Origin: an uncultured bacterium
GTDB taxonomy: Bacteria > Chloroflexota > UBA5177 > JANWHV01
Direction of reading: 5' to 3'
DNA: 64,000 nucleotides
Assembly (NCBI GenBank): GCA_963729625.1
Contig: CAVSOU010000017.1
Span: 96,001 to 160,000, forward strand
Part shown: positions 20,170-29,762 of the stretch, piece after piece
How the letters are laid out: every line of letters begins with the position of its first letter
Numbering within the stretch: position 1 is the stretch's first letter
The notes under the pieces: generated by a model
The model's database searches: none
Told to the model about the DNA's origin: nothing
What the model saw: only the letters and a program-made list of their open reading frames with translations
Made by a program: the position numbers and the translations under genes

Positions 20170-20451
20170 CTAAAGCCATGCGTCTCATTGTTGACGTGCC
20201 TCTAAAAGACCCACAGCTTACAAGTCAGTGTAGATCGTGAGACTGCGCGCGCACGAGTTACTTAAGCTCCGCCAAGTCGCGTGGGAGCCAGTCCAGTGGC
20301 GTACGAGCGGGACGGAACGGAGATGAACCTCGGCATCATCAGGTGATGGCAGCGCGGTTCAGGTCGTACTGGGCAGTGACCCCGGCATTTCATGCTCCTT
20401 ATGATGCTTTACTATGACATTAGTGCCCGGTCCAATTGGAGATTCATCTCG

Positions 20452-20592
20452 ATGGCAAGAACAACGGTCTACCTCGACGATGGCCTGCGCGAGCGATTGC
20501 AGCAGGTTGTCCCGCCCCGTAAGTTGAACCGCTTCATCAATGAGGCCGTGGTCGAGAAGGTCGCGGCGCTGGAGCAACGCCAGCTCGAATAG
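20452..20592 (+). pseudogene. RHH/CopG-type antitoxin interrupted by a TAG stop
   Basis: MARTTVYLDDGLRERL...RFINEAV; the frame continues after TAG as AMKEGYLA, a typical antitoxin C-terminal segment; no toxin follows. Confidence 0.55.
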
Positions 20593-20670
20593 GCGATGAA
20601 GGAGGGATATCTCGCCAACAGCGATGGCCGTGCGGTCTTGAATCAAACTGGGCTTGGCGTGGAGGGCGAC

Positions 20671-21654
20671 ATGCGCTATTTCCTGACCGGTGCGACCGGC
20701 TTTATCGGCGGATCCGTAACGAGGCAGCTGATCGGGGCCGGCCACGACGTCGTAGCCGTGGTACGCGACCCGGCAAGGGCGCGCAACCTAGCCGATCTCG
20801 GCGTAAAGCTGTACGTGGGCGACGTGACCGACAAGGCAAGCATGCGCGAGGCGATGACCGGGGTCGACGGTGTCTTTCACATCGCCGGCTGGTACAAGAT
20901 CGGCGTGAAGGATAAGCGCGACGGCGCCCGGGTCAATATCGAGGGCACGCGCAACACGCTGGAGCTGATGCGGGATCTCGGGATCCCCAAAGGTGTCTAC
21001 ACCAGTACCCTGGCCGTGAACTCCGATACACATGGGCAGCTCGTCGACGAGAGCTATCGCTACATGGGGCCACACATCTCGGAATATGAGCGGACCAAGT
21101 GGGTCGCGCACTACGAGGTGGCGGAGCCGATGATCGCAGCCGGCTTGCCGCTGGTGATCGTGGAGCCGGGCCTGGTGTATGGACCCGGTGATGCCAGCGT
21201 GACAGGCGCCGTGCTGAAGCAATACCTGCGGAGGAAGCTGCCGATAGTCCCCAAGCGCGCGGCGTACTGCTGGGGCCACGTAGACGACATCGCTCATGGC
21301 CACGTGCTGGCCATGGAGAAAGGCGTGCCGGGCGAATCCTACATGCTGGCGGGACCGGCCTGCACTCTCGTCGAAGCCCTGCACATCGCCGAACAGATTA
21401 CCGGCATCGCAGCGCCGCGGCGCCGAATTGGACCAGGGCTGTTGCAGGCCGCGGCCGTCATCATGGCCGGGCTCGAGAAAGTCGCGCCGGTGCCGGACGG
21501 CTACAGCGCCGAGTATCTGCGTGTCAGTGCAGGCGTCACGTATCTCGGGAACAATGCCAGGGCAAAGCGCGAGCTGGGCTTCAGCCCGCGTCCCCTACGC
21601 GAGGGTCTGGAGGAGACGCTCCGTCACGAGATGCGAGTGCTCGGAATCGTATAG
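20671..21654 (+). CDS. NAD-dependent epimerase/dehydratase (extended SDR)
   Basis: TGATGFIG, YERTK (YxxxK), PGLVYGPGD; GGAGG RBS. Confidence 0.92.
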   Translation: MRYFLTGATGFIGGSVTRQLIGAGHDVVAVVRDPARARNLADLGVKLYVGDVTDKASMREAMTGVDGVFHIAGWYKIGVKDKRDGARVNIEGTRNTLELMRDLGIPKGVYTSTLAVNSDTHGQLVDESYRYMGPHISEYERTKWVAHYEVAEPMIAAGLPLVIVEPGLVYGPGDASVTGAVLKQYLRRKLPIVPKRAAYCWGHVDDIAHGHVLAMEKGVPGESYMLAGPACTLVEALHIAEQITGIAAPRRRIGPGLLQAAAVIMAGLEKVAPVPDGYSAEYLRVSAGVTYLGNNARAKRELGFSPRPLREGLEETLRHEMRVLGIV

Positions 21655-21894
21655 ACTCGGCCTGACGCCCGTCCGCGTGCATGGTACGGTTGGGCCTAAC
21701 GGATCGCGATAGAGATGATCTCCAGTCTGCCCGGCCTTTGGGCGCGGCGACAGCGCGGTATAAAGGGCTGGGAACCTTCGTACCATGTACCTGGCCGTGG
21801 AACTCTGTACACTTCAGGGCAGGCAGATGAACGACCCTGGCCGCTTCTGCTCGATTTTCGACAAGAGCGGTCGACGAGATGAGGAGGCTCTGCA

Positions 21895-22323
21895 ATGTCG
21901 AGTCCATTGCCTGATCCCAACACGCCGTTCGGCCAGCGAGTGCGACAGCGTTTGCGCGACGACAACGTGATCTGGCTGATTGCCACGGATGCCGCCGGTA
22001 CTCCACAGCCTAACCCTGTCTGGTTCTATTGGGATGGCGAAGCGCTGCTGGTATACAACCGCCCCGACGCCAAGCGCCTCCGGCACATCCAGCGTAACTC
22101 CTCGGTCGCGATCCACTTTAACTCCGGCGAGCAGGGCGACGACATCGTCGTGCTCACCGGCAAGGCTCAGGTCGCGAGCGACTGGCCGTCTGCCGCCGCC
22201 GCGGCTGCCTACCTGGCGAAGTACAGTGCGTATATCCCCGCGATTGGCCACACGCCGGAGTCCCTGGCAGCAGAATACTCGGTAGCGTTGCGTATTGTGA
22301 TCGGTAGAGTACGGGGCATGTGA
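21895..22323 (+). CDS. PPOX-class F420-dependent oxidoreductase
   Basis: IWLIAT..AGTPQPNPVWF.WDG, K.RHIQRN..V; GAGGAGG RBS. Confidence 0.85.
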   Translation: MSSPLPDPNTPFGQRVRQRLRDDNVIWLIATDAAGTPQPNPVWFYWDGEALLVYNRPDAKRLRHIQRNSSVAIHFNSGEQGDDIVVLTGKAQVASDWPSAAAAAAYLAKYSAYIPAIGHTPESLAAEYSVALRIVIGRVRGM

Positions 22324-22401
22324 CCGCCAGGCATTGACTGCTTGACTGCTTTCCGGTGGCGCGCCGGAAGACCGGAAGGGGTGTACCTCATAGTACCGGC
22401 T

Positions 22402-22690
22402 CTACACCACATTGCAGAGGTCGAAGGCTTCACGCAGCGCTTCCGCCGGTTTCCCTTCGGGCACAAACTCCTGGCCGACGTAGCCCTCGTATCCCGTCGC
22501 CGCGATGGCACGCATGATGGCGGGATAGTGAAGCTCCTGCCTCGGGCCGATCTCGTTCCTGCCCGGATTCCCGGCCGTGTGGTAATGCGCGAAGAACGGG
22601 GCGTGCGTGCGTATGGTACGGATGACGTCGCCCTCCATGATCTGCATATGGTAAATGTCATAGAGCAACCTGACGCGCAGTGAATCTACC
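22402..22690 (-). pseudogene. C-terminal fragment of a hydroxypyruvate isomerase-like TIM barrel
   Basis: LLYDIYHMQIMEGD, HYHTAGNPGRNE, GYVGQEF; the N-terminal part is absent. Confidence 0.75.
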
Positions 22691-22990
22691 ATCGTGTCAG
22701 ACCGGTCTCGTCGTAGCACCACCACGATACTGATTGCATCATCGCCTTCACCTCTCAACCTCCGTGCAGTCGCGCAAGGACCATATCCCGTGAAGAAGGC
22801 CCGCGCTCCCCGGCAAACCGCGGATCGCTCCCGGACCTTGACATTGCGGGTCGACAGTACAAGCGCCGCGAGCTGCTCGGAAACTCTCGGACCACGATTC
22901 CAGCGGATCCGCGATCTCGTGCCTAGTGTAGCGCGGCGGGCGGGCGGATCGGGCTCCGTCTGCCGCGAGCTGCGAGGGTGAGGCCGGCGC

Positions 22991-23698
22991 TCAGCCGATC
23001 AACCGGCGCTGACGCGCGATCGTGACTGCTTGCGTTCGGTTGCCGGCGTTCAGCTTATCCATGATCAGGCTGATGTGGTTCTTCACGGTGCCCTCCGCCA
23101 AATGCAGCCGCCGGGCAATCTGCAGATTGCTGGCTCCTTCGGCCACCAACTGGAGCACCTGCCGCTCGCGCTCGGTCAGGGTTTCTCCTCCGGACGGAGG
23201 AGAACTCGGGCTCCAGGCATCGGATGGAATCGCTATCGGCCCGATCGCGGGCGTGGTCCCCTGGAAGGCAGCCAGCAGCTTGGCGGCCACGGCCGGCTGC
23301 AGCAGGGACTCACCACGTCGAGCCAGGTGAATGGCGCGAATCATTTCGTCGGCCGGATCGTCCTTGAGCAGGTATCCCATCGCGCCGGCCCGAATCGCCT
23401 CTAGCACCAGGCTATCGTGATCGTAGGTGGTGAGGATGACGACGCGCGTCTCCGGCCTGGCGCCAAGAATGCGACGCGTTGCCTCGACGCCGTCCATCAC
23501 CGGCATCTTGAGATCCATCAACACGACGTCGGGCGCCAACACCGCGGCGACGTCGACCGCGACCTGGCCGTTCTCCGCCTCGCCCACTACCTCGATATCT
23601 GCCTCCAGGTCGAGTATCGTGCGTAATCCTTCCCGCAGAATACGTTGATCCTCGACCAGCAGCACGCGAATCGGCGGGTTCTCGGCCGGCGCCATCAT
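22991..23698 (-). CDS. NarL/LuxR-family response regulator
   Basis: REC domain (VED, DVVLMD, GYLLK) plus LTEREREQ-like LuxR HTH (LTERERQVL...GTVKNH). Confidence 0.95.
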   Translation of the reverse strand: MMAPAENPPIRVLLVEDQRILREGLRTILDLEADIEVVGEAENGQVAVDVAAVLAPDVVLMDLKMPVMDGVEATRRILGARPETRVVILTTYDHDSLVLEAIRAGAMGYLLKDDPADEMIRAIHLARRGESLLQPAVAAKLLAAFQGTTPAIGPIAIPSDAWSPSSPPSGGETLTERERQVLQLVAEGASNLQIARRLHLAEGTVKNHISLIMDKLNAGNRTQAVTIARQRRLIG

Positions 23699-25129
23699 TC
23701 ACTCCTTTGGCTCTGCGAGGCCCGAGCCGATGGCCATGGAGTACGGCTCCGGCGGCGTGCCCTGTTCCGAACCGCGAGGATCACCTTCGGCATGCTGGGC
23801 TCCAGCGGCACTCTCGGCGCCGCCCGACCGCACTCCCTCCGCCAGCGGGATAGTGACGAGAACGCGTGTGCCCTCGCCGCGCTTGCTGCTGAACACCAGC
23901 CGGCCGCCAAGGTGTTCGACGCGCTCACGCATACCGCGCAAGCCGAAACCCGTCAGGGTCGAACCGGAGGGCCCGGCGCCCACGCCATTGTCCTCTACGG
24001 CGAGCACGATGCATCCTTCCGCCGTGCGCATCGTGACCGTCACCTGCGAAGCATGTGCATGCCGCGACACATTGGTAAGCGACTCCTGGATAACGCGGAA
24101 GAGGCACATTTCCAGCGCCGGGTCATGCTCCTTGGGGAGCGGCGCGAACTCATGCGCGATCCGCAATCCCGTTTCTCCCGCGAAACCTTCTACGAACTGC
24201 CCCATTGCCTCGTGCCAGATGCCGGCTGCCGCCGCGGCATCCCGGAGACCAGCCACCGAACGCCGCACTTCCGCCAGGCCGTCCCGGGACACTTCCTGCA
24301 GACGATCCAACTCTCCTCGCGCGCGCGCAGGGTCGGTGGGGATCAGGCGTTTCGCTGCCTCCGCCTTAATCACCACTGTAGCCAGCGTGTATCCGAGAAT
24401 GTCGTGCAGATCGCGAGCGAGACGGTTTCGCTCATTCGCCACCGCAAGCTGCTCGACCGTGCCGGCGTACACTTGAAGCTGATAGTTGGCCTCCTCCAGC
24501 GATGCCTTGGACTGCTCCAGCTCGGTCAGCAAGGTCAGGCGCGCACGGTGCTCCAGCTCCTGCGTGCGTTGCAGCCAGGCGCCAATAGCGGCAGCGGCAA
24601 GCCCGGCGTCGAGCGGCAGGAACTCGGTGGTCCCCTGCAGCCAAGATCCCGTCGGAACGGTCAGCAGCACTGAAGCGTGGGTCAGCGCGACACAGCAGAG
24701 AAACAGCAACGTGAGTGCGCGCGCGGTCCGCACGTGCCTCCCCTCGGCCAGCACGACGAAGTACATGATGTTGAACCAGAGGCTCTGGGAGTGTGTGGCC
24801 GGCGCCGCCGCGAGCACCATGGCGCATACCAGCAGGGCGCTGAGCACCATGTAGAGCCAGGGCTCCAGGCGAAGATCGCCACCGTGGATCCCGCGAGTGC
24901 CGTATTGCCAGAAGGCGAGACCGGCGTATGCCGCGATGACCAGAATGAGCAAAGGGATGCCGGGCCACAGCTCGTTGGGTCGCAGAGTGAACATCACGCC
25001 GGCGGTGATCGCGCCCAGTGTGATCCAGCGCATCATCATGTACCGTCGCCACATCTCCGGACTGAACGGCGGCGGCGCGAGATCGATGGTCTCCGGCTGC
25101 GGTCTCTGGAGCAGTGCCTGAAGCCTCAC
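23699..25129 (-). CDS. Membrane sensor histidine kinase (HisKA_3 type)
   Basis: About 5 TM helices, ERNRLARDLHD H-box, ESLTNVSRHA, DNGVG, GFGLRGMRER. Confidence 0.93.
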   Translation of the reverse strand: MRLQALLQRPQPETIDLAPPPFSPEMWRRYMMMRWITLGAITAGVMFTLRPNELWPGIPLLILVIAAYAGLAFWQYGTRGIHGGDLRLEPWLYMVLSALLVCAMVLAAAPATHSQSLWFNIMYFVVLAEGRHVRTARALTLLFLCCVALTHASVLLTVPTGSWLQGTTEFLPLDAGLAAAAIGAWLQRTQELEHRARLTLLTELEQSKASLEEANYQLQVYAGTVEQLAVANERNRLARDLHDILGYTLATVVIKAEAAKRLIPTDPARARGELDRLQEVSRDGLAEVRRSVAGLRDAAAAAGIWHEAMGQFVEGFAGETGLRIAHEFAPLPKEHDPALEMCLFRVIQESLTNVSRHAHASQVTVTMRTAEGCIVLAVEDNGVGAGPSGSTLTGFGLRGMRERVEHLGGRLVFSSKRGEGTRVLVTIPLAEGVRSGGAESAAGAQHAEGDPRGSEQGTPPEPYSMAIGSGLAEPKE

Positions 25130-25171
25130 CCCGGAATTGTAGCATCGAGTGCGCGAGACGCAGCCGGATTC

Positions 25172-25232
25172 TCTCAGGAATCTCTTGGTTTCGTCTTGGG
25201 CTTCTCTTACCTGCGACTGAGGGTGGTCTTAA
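25172..25232 (+). promoter_or_regulatory. Six 11-bp-phased TCT(C/T)(A/G)G-like repeats, OmpR/MprA-type operator
   Basis: TCTCAG 25172, TCTTGG 25183, TCTTGG 25194, TCTTAC 25205, ACTGAG 25216, TCTTAA 25227, followed by a -10-like TAGCAT. Confidence 0.6.
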
Positions 25233-25290
25233 CCGTGGCACGTAGCATGGAACTGTACAAGAGAACCGGCACAAGAAGAGAGGATTCCCA

Positions 25291-25785
25291 ATGATTCATC
25301 CGTATCATGGCCTGCACAGAGCCGGCGCGAGCTGGGGTACGCCCGACGCGCGGATCAGCTCACACAGGCGGATCGCTCGTTTTGCCATCACGGGCGGGCT
25401 GGCAGGCCTGCTGCAGATCACGCTGCTCAAGCTGATGCTCGACGGCGGACTGCGCCCGCTGCCCGCCAACGCGAGTGCCTTCCTGCTTGCCGCCCAGTTC
25501 AACTTCTTCATGAGCACGCTCTTCACATGGCGCGACCGCCGCCCCGAGCGGGCGCTCGGCCGCCGCTGGGTGGCATTTCACGGATCGATCGCCGGCATGG
25601 CCGTGGTCAACCTCCTGGTATTCGGAGCCACGCGTCTCGTACTCCCCGATCTGGCGGCCTCCGCGGCGGGCATTGCCGCGGGTGCGTGCGGCAACTACAT
25701 GCTTGGTGACCGCCTTGTCTTCCGGTCGCCACGGCTCGAAGTCTCGCAGCGAGAAGGCGAAGCACAGCGGATGCCCGCAGCGTGA
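25291..25785 (+). CDS. GtrA family membrane protein
   Basis: RFAITGG, NFFMSTLFTWRDR, NY..GDRLVF; 4 TM. Confidence 0.85.
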   Translation: MIHPYHGLHRAGASWGTPDARISSHRRIARFAITGGLAGLLQITLLKLMLDGGLRPLPANASAFLLAAQFNFFMSTLFTWRDRRPERALGRRWVAFHGSIAGMAVVNLLVFGATRLVLPDLAASAAGIAAGACGNYMLGDRLVFRSPRLEVSQREGEAQRMPAA

Positions 25786-25807
25786 TGTAGGTCGGATAGG
25801 GTGTTCT

Positions 25808-27232
25808 GTGTCGATCCGTTTTCGCCTGACACTCCTCTACAGCGCTATTGTCGCTCTGACAATCGTTGCCTTTGGCATCACGCTGTACCTGGCCGTCTCG
25901 CACATCACCTTTGATCTCGCCAGCAGGTCACTTACCTCGGAGACGGCGAGCCTTGCCTCGACGTTTGGGTCCCAGCCCGATAGGCACGGAGGCGGACCTT
26001 CTTCCCTGTCACTGCCGCCGAATTTCGCGCCGCCCGAAGCATACGCCCAGCTCATCCAGCCCGATGGGGCTGTTGTCTATCAATCTCCCGCGCTGCAGGG
26101 CGCGAACCTGGTGCTCCCTCTGGCCGCCCAAACGCGGCAGCAGATCAGCTCGGATTCCGGCTTAGGCATGGTGGAGACAACGATCGTACTGAGCGGCACT
26201 CGCTATCTGTTGTGCGCGGTGCCCGTCGTCTCCCAATTCCAAGACACGCCCCTCGGCATCCTGGAACTGGCGCGCCCCCTGCAGGACGTCGATCAGACGC
26301 TCAACGCGCTGCGGAACAGCCTCTTGCTGGGCGGTCTCCTCGTGACGATCATCGCGTTCGGCGCCGGCTGGGTACTCTCGGGCGCAGCTCTCCGACCGAT
26401 CAACCGTATCGCTCGCACGGCGCGGGCTATCGGCATCACGCAGGATTTTGACCGGCGAGTCGACTACGACGGGCCCCAAGACGAGGTAGGAAGGCTTGCG
26501 ACGACGTTCAACACCATGCTCAGCCGCCTGCAGGCTGCCTTCCAGGCGCAGAAGCGCTTCGTCGCCGATGCCTCGCATGAGCTGCGTACGCCACTGACGA
26601 GCATCCGCGGCAACCTGGGACTCCTGCAGCGAGATCCACCGATAGATGAGCCCGATCGCACTGCCGTGATCGGCGACCTGGTCTCGGAGAGCGAGCGGCT
26701 CAGCCGCCTGGTGAGCGATCTGCTCACCCTGGCTCGCAGCGACGCCGGACGGCCATTGCGGAGCGAACCGGTAGTACTCATTCCACTCGTAGAAGATGTC
26801 ATACGCAAACTGGCGGTGCTGCATCCTGACAGGCTGATCCGCGAGGAGACGGAGGCCAATCCCGTTGCTATCGGCGATCGAGACGCTATCACGCAGGTAC
26901 TGTTCATTCTGCTGGACAACGCGCTCAAGTTCACGCCGGCCGACGGAAGCGTTGCCGTCTCCGTGCTCGCGCGCGGCACGAGCGCGACACTGGTAGTGAA
27001 GGATAGCGGCGCGGGCATCCCGCGGGCAGCGCTGCCGCACATCTTCGAGCGCTTCTACCAGGGCGACACGGCACGTGCCGGCACTGGATCCGGGCTCGGC
27101 TTGGCGATTGCCAAGGCGCTGGTGGATGGCCAGCATGGCACTATTTGCGTGGAGAGCCAGGAGGGACGCGGAACGACGTTCGCGATCACCCTGCCAAGCC
27201 CGGTCGATTCCGCAAGAGGGCCAGGCCGGTAG
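25808..27232 (+). CDS. HAMP-HisKA-HATPase sensor kinase (OmpR-partner type), no adjacent OmpR regulator
   Basis: SIRFRLTLLY, DEVGRLATTFN, FVADASHELRTPLT, LLDNALKFT, DSGAG, GSGLGLAI. Confidence 0.93.
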   Translation: MSIRFRLTLLYSAIVALTIVAFGITLYLAVSHITFDLASRSLTSETASLASTFGSQPDRHGGGPSSLSLPPNFAPPEAYAQLIQPDGAVVYQSPALQGANLVLPLAAQTRQQISSDSGLGMVETTIVLSGTRYLLCAVPVVSQFQDTPLGILELARPLQDVDQTLNALRNSLLLGGLLVTIIAFGAGWVLSGAALRPINRIARTARAIGITQDFDRRVDYDGPQDEVGRLATTFNTMLSRLQAAFQAQKRFVADASHELRTPLTSIRGNLGLLQRDPPIDEPDRTAVIGDLVSESERLSRLVSDLLTLARSDAGRPLRSEPVVLIPLVEDVIRKLAVLHPDRLIREETEANPVAIGDRDAITQVLFILLDNALKFTPADGSVAVSVLARGTSATLVVKDSGAGIPRAALPHIFERFYQGDTARAGTGSGLGLAIAKALVDGQHGTICVESQEGRGTTFAITLPSPVDSARGPGR

Positions 27233-27333
27233 CGGGTCTCACCGCGAAGCATTTCCGTGAAGCGAACCTTGTCGTGTGCAGACCTTGAAGCACGCCGCCG
27301 TATGATACTATAGCCAATTGGAGGCACCGCCAC

Positions 27334-27897
27334 ATGGTAGCTCAACAGTCTGGTCCGCTGTGGACTGTCGAGGCATACATCGAGCTCGAGCGCTACAGCA
27401 CGGTCAAGCATGAGTATCACGATGGTTACGTGTATGCCATGTCAGGCGGCTCGCAGGCGCACAGCCAGATTGCGGGCAACGTGTACGCGTTGCTGCGAGC
27501 AGGCGTACGCGGGACCGGTTGCCGCGCCCTCAATCCGGACATGAAGATCCGGCAATCGCCAACTGACTACGTGTACGCCGACGCAGTAGTAACATGCGAC
27601 CCGCGCGACAATGTGCCCGGTCAGGATTGGATCGATTACCCAACGCTGATCGTCGAAGTGCGCTCGCCCTCTACCGAACGCCACGATAGGGCTGATAAGT
27701 TCGAGGGCTACAAGGGCATCCCGTCCCTGCGCGAGTACGTACTCGTCGAGTACAGACGACAGGAGGTGGAGGTGTGGCGGCGAGAGGAGAAGGACGTTTG
27801 GTCGGCGCAGGTCTACGGGGCCGGTGATGCCGTGGTCCTCCTCAGTCATGCTCTTACCCTACCGATTGAGCTGATCTACGAGGACAGCGGCGTCTGA
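27334..27897 (+). CDS. Uma2 family (PD-(D/E)XK) putative endonuclease
   Basis: KHEYHDG..YAMSGGS..H, YADAVVTC, LIVEV.SPSTE..DR..K, SLREYVLV. Confidence 0.9.
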   Translation: MVAQQSGPLWTVEAYIELERYSTVKHEYHDGYVYAMSGGSQAHSQIAGNVYALLRAGVRGTGCRALNPDMKIRQSPTDYVYADAVVTCDPRDNVPGQDWIDYPTLIVEVRSPSTERHDRADKFEGYKGIPSLREYVLVEYRRQEVEVWRREEKDVWSAQVYGAGDAVVLLSHALTLPIELIYEDSGV

Positions 27898-28025
27898 TCG
27901 TGCCTGCCAGGGCAGGCAGTCCAGCCCTCGCGCGCAAGAACGCCACAAGCACTACGATCATCGAATCGAGCCATCAGGTTATGACAGGCGCCGCGAGCAG
28001 GGCACGTTTGCCGCCCAACCGCGCA

Positions 28026-28100
28026 AGAAGGAGCGCCCAGTGCCCAAGCCGGCCAAAGTCGACAAGCTGAGGAGGCTTAAGGATCGCACGGTCACGCCGG
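28026..28100 (+). repeat. 75-bp direct repeat, copy 1
   Basis: AGAAGGAGCGCCCAGTGCCCAAG...CACGCCGG matches 28755-28829 with 2 mismatches. Confidence 0.95.
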
Positions 28101-28110
28101 CGGGCCTGCC

Positions 28111-28155
28111 TTGACCACGCTACTTTCTACGTAGCATACTATGATTCATAGTATG
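28111..28155 (+). promoter_or_regulatory. TA promoter with palindromic operator
   Basis: TTGACC...CATACT; perfect inverted repeat CATACTATGA-T-TCATAGTATG (28135-28155) overlapping the -10. Confidence 0.7.
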
Positions 28156-28165
28156 GGAGGCGGCA

Positions 28166-28456
28166 ATGAATGCGGTAACCACGAGTATCAGAATGCCGAG
28201 GGAGATCCGGGATCAGTATGAGACACTTGCCCAGGCTACGGGTCGTACGCGCAATGATCTGATGGTCGACGCCCTCCGCGTCGTAGCAGAACACCAATTG
28301 CTCGAGATTGCCATGATCCAGGAAGGCGTCGAGCAGGCCCGCACGGGCCGTACCGTAGCGATCGAGGATGTCGTGGCGGAGTTCAAGCGGGACGGTATCT
28401 TGCCGGCGAGCTTCGATCTTGGAAACGATGACGACGAAGGACAGGAGACCGCGTGA
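28166..28456 (+). CDS. CopG/RHH antitoxin
   Basis: TSIRMP.E....E.LA.ATGRTRN.L..ALR, IQEG.EQA..G; GTGA overlap with the toxin. Confidence 0.85.
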   Translation: MNAVTTSIRMPREIRDQYETLAQATGRTRNDLMVDALRVVAEHQLLEIAMIQEGVEQARTGRTVAIEDVVAEFKRDGILPASFDLGNDDDEGQETA

Positions 28457-28728
28457 CGCTCCGGCTGACGGAAGCGGCTTGCGATGACCTGCGTTCAATC
28501 TATGGATACCATTCACAACGCTCCCCAGCCGGTGCCGACCGCGTCGTAGGCGCGATCCTCAGGGCGGCCAACGGACTTACCCAATACCCTCTTCTGGGCA
28601 AGCACGGCGCCATTGAAGGGACACGAGAACGCCTGCTGACACGCTTTCCATACCGCATCGTTTATCAGGTGGAAGAGAACCCCATTGTCGTGCTCCGCGT
28701 CATACACACGGCGCGTCAATGGCCTTAG
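28453..28728 (+). CDS. RelE/ParE family toxin
   Basis: LTEAACDDL.SI..Y, L..YP.LG..G...GTRE, PYRIVY, VLRVIHTARQWP. Confidence 0.9.
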   Translation: MTLRLTEAACDDLRSIYGYHSQRSPAGADRVVGAILRAANGLTQYPLLGKHGAIEGTRERLLTRFPYRIVYQVEENPIVVLRVIHTARQWP

Positions 28729-28754
28729 CACGGGACCGCCAGTTTCAGCCCGCC

Positions 28755-28829
28755 AGAAGGAGCGCCCAGTGCCCAAGCCGGCCAAAGTCGACAAGCTGAG
28801 GAGGCTTAAGGATCTCACGGCCACGCCGG
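28755..28829 (+). repeat. 75-bp direct repeat, copy 2 (RBS plus first 20 codons of the downstream gene)
   Basis: Matches 28026-28100 at an offset of 729 bp. Confidence 0.95.
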
Positions 28830-29656
28830 AAGCCCAGCTCGACTACGCCCTGGCACTGCTCGCTACCGAATTCCGCCAGGATCTCATTGACGAGGCGCTT
28901 GCCGTGCTCGCGACGGCGCCCGAGGACGCGCGCGCGCGCGCCGCACTGCTGGAAGCTTACGCTCGTTTCGAGGGCGCCTCCAGCCGTGGTGACCAGGGTT
29001 GCTATGGGCGCATGGCGTTGCTGCGCGCCCTCAGGCCGCTGGCCCGGCGCGAAGACGCCGCGCTCCTCGCTCATGCCGCCTCCACCTATGAGTTCCTGCC
29101 GCCGGGGCGTTCGGAGGTGGCGGCAGGCCTGCGCTCCACGGCCCTGGTGGTGCTCAACGACGTCGACGAGCAGCTTGCCGCCTATCACGCCGTGCGCTTG
29201 CTGACCGACCAGCACACGTCGCCGCTCTCCGGCGAGCCCGCGATCACCGCGGCACAAACGCTGGCGGCGCAGGGACAGTACTTGCCGCTCTACGCGTATG
29301 CGGTGCGCACAGATGCCACGACGCCGGAGATCGTAGCCGAGTGCCTGCGCAACCTCAGAGGCGTGCCGCTCTCCGTGTTGCGGCCCCTGGTTGACCGCTA
29401 CGTTACTTCACCGCACGAAATCGTCGTGCTCGGCCTCTTCGACCTCCTGCTGGAGCATCCCGAGCGGCAGGCTTTCTTGCCGCTGATCGTCGAGTTCTTG
29501 CGCGAGACCAAGCTGATCGACCTCTATCGCTGGCTGGTCAGCACCGCGCTGACCGGCAGGGAGCCGAAGCTGATCGCGGCGATCAAGGCCCTGGAGCGCG
29601 AGGAGAACGATCCGCGCAAGCTGGCGATCCTGCACGACGCGCTATCCTTGAGATGA
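28769..29656 (+). CDS. Hypothetical alpha-helical (HEAT-repeat-like) protein
   Basis: AAGGAG RBS, GTG start, coding-like codon usage, Leu/Ala-rich helical pattern. Confidence 0.7.
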   Translation: MPKPAKVDKLRRLKDLTATPEAQLDYALALLATEFRQDLIDEALAVLATAPEDARARAALLEAYARFEGASSRGDQGCYGRMALLRALRPLARREDAALLAHAASTYEFLPPGRSEVAAGLRSTALVVLNDVDEQLAAYHAVRLLTDQHTSPLSGEPAITAAQTLAAQGQYLPLYAYAVRTDATTPEIVAECLRNLRGVPLSVLRPLVDRYVTSPHEIVVLGLFDLLLEHPERQAFLPLIVEFLRETKLIDLYRWLVSTALTGREPKLIAAIKALEREENDPRKLAILHDALSLR

Positions 29657-29762
29657 ACGTCGCGATCCCATCGTTTGCGCACCATTGACAGGACCGTAAC
29701 GGGGGCGAGCAGCATGACGTTCCACGTGCGCACGACGACGAAGTGGAACCTGTTTCCGGCGC

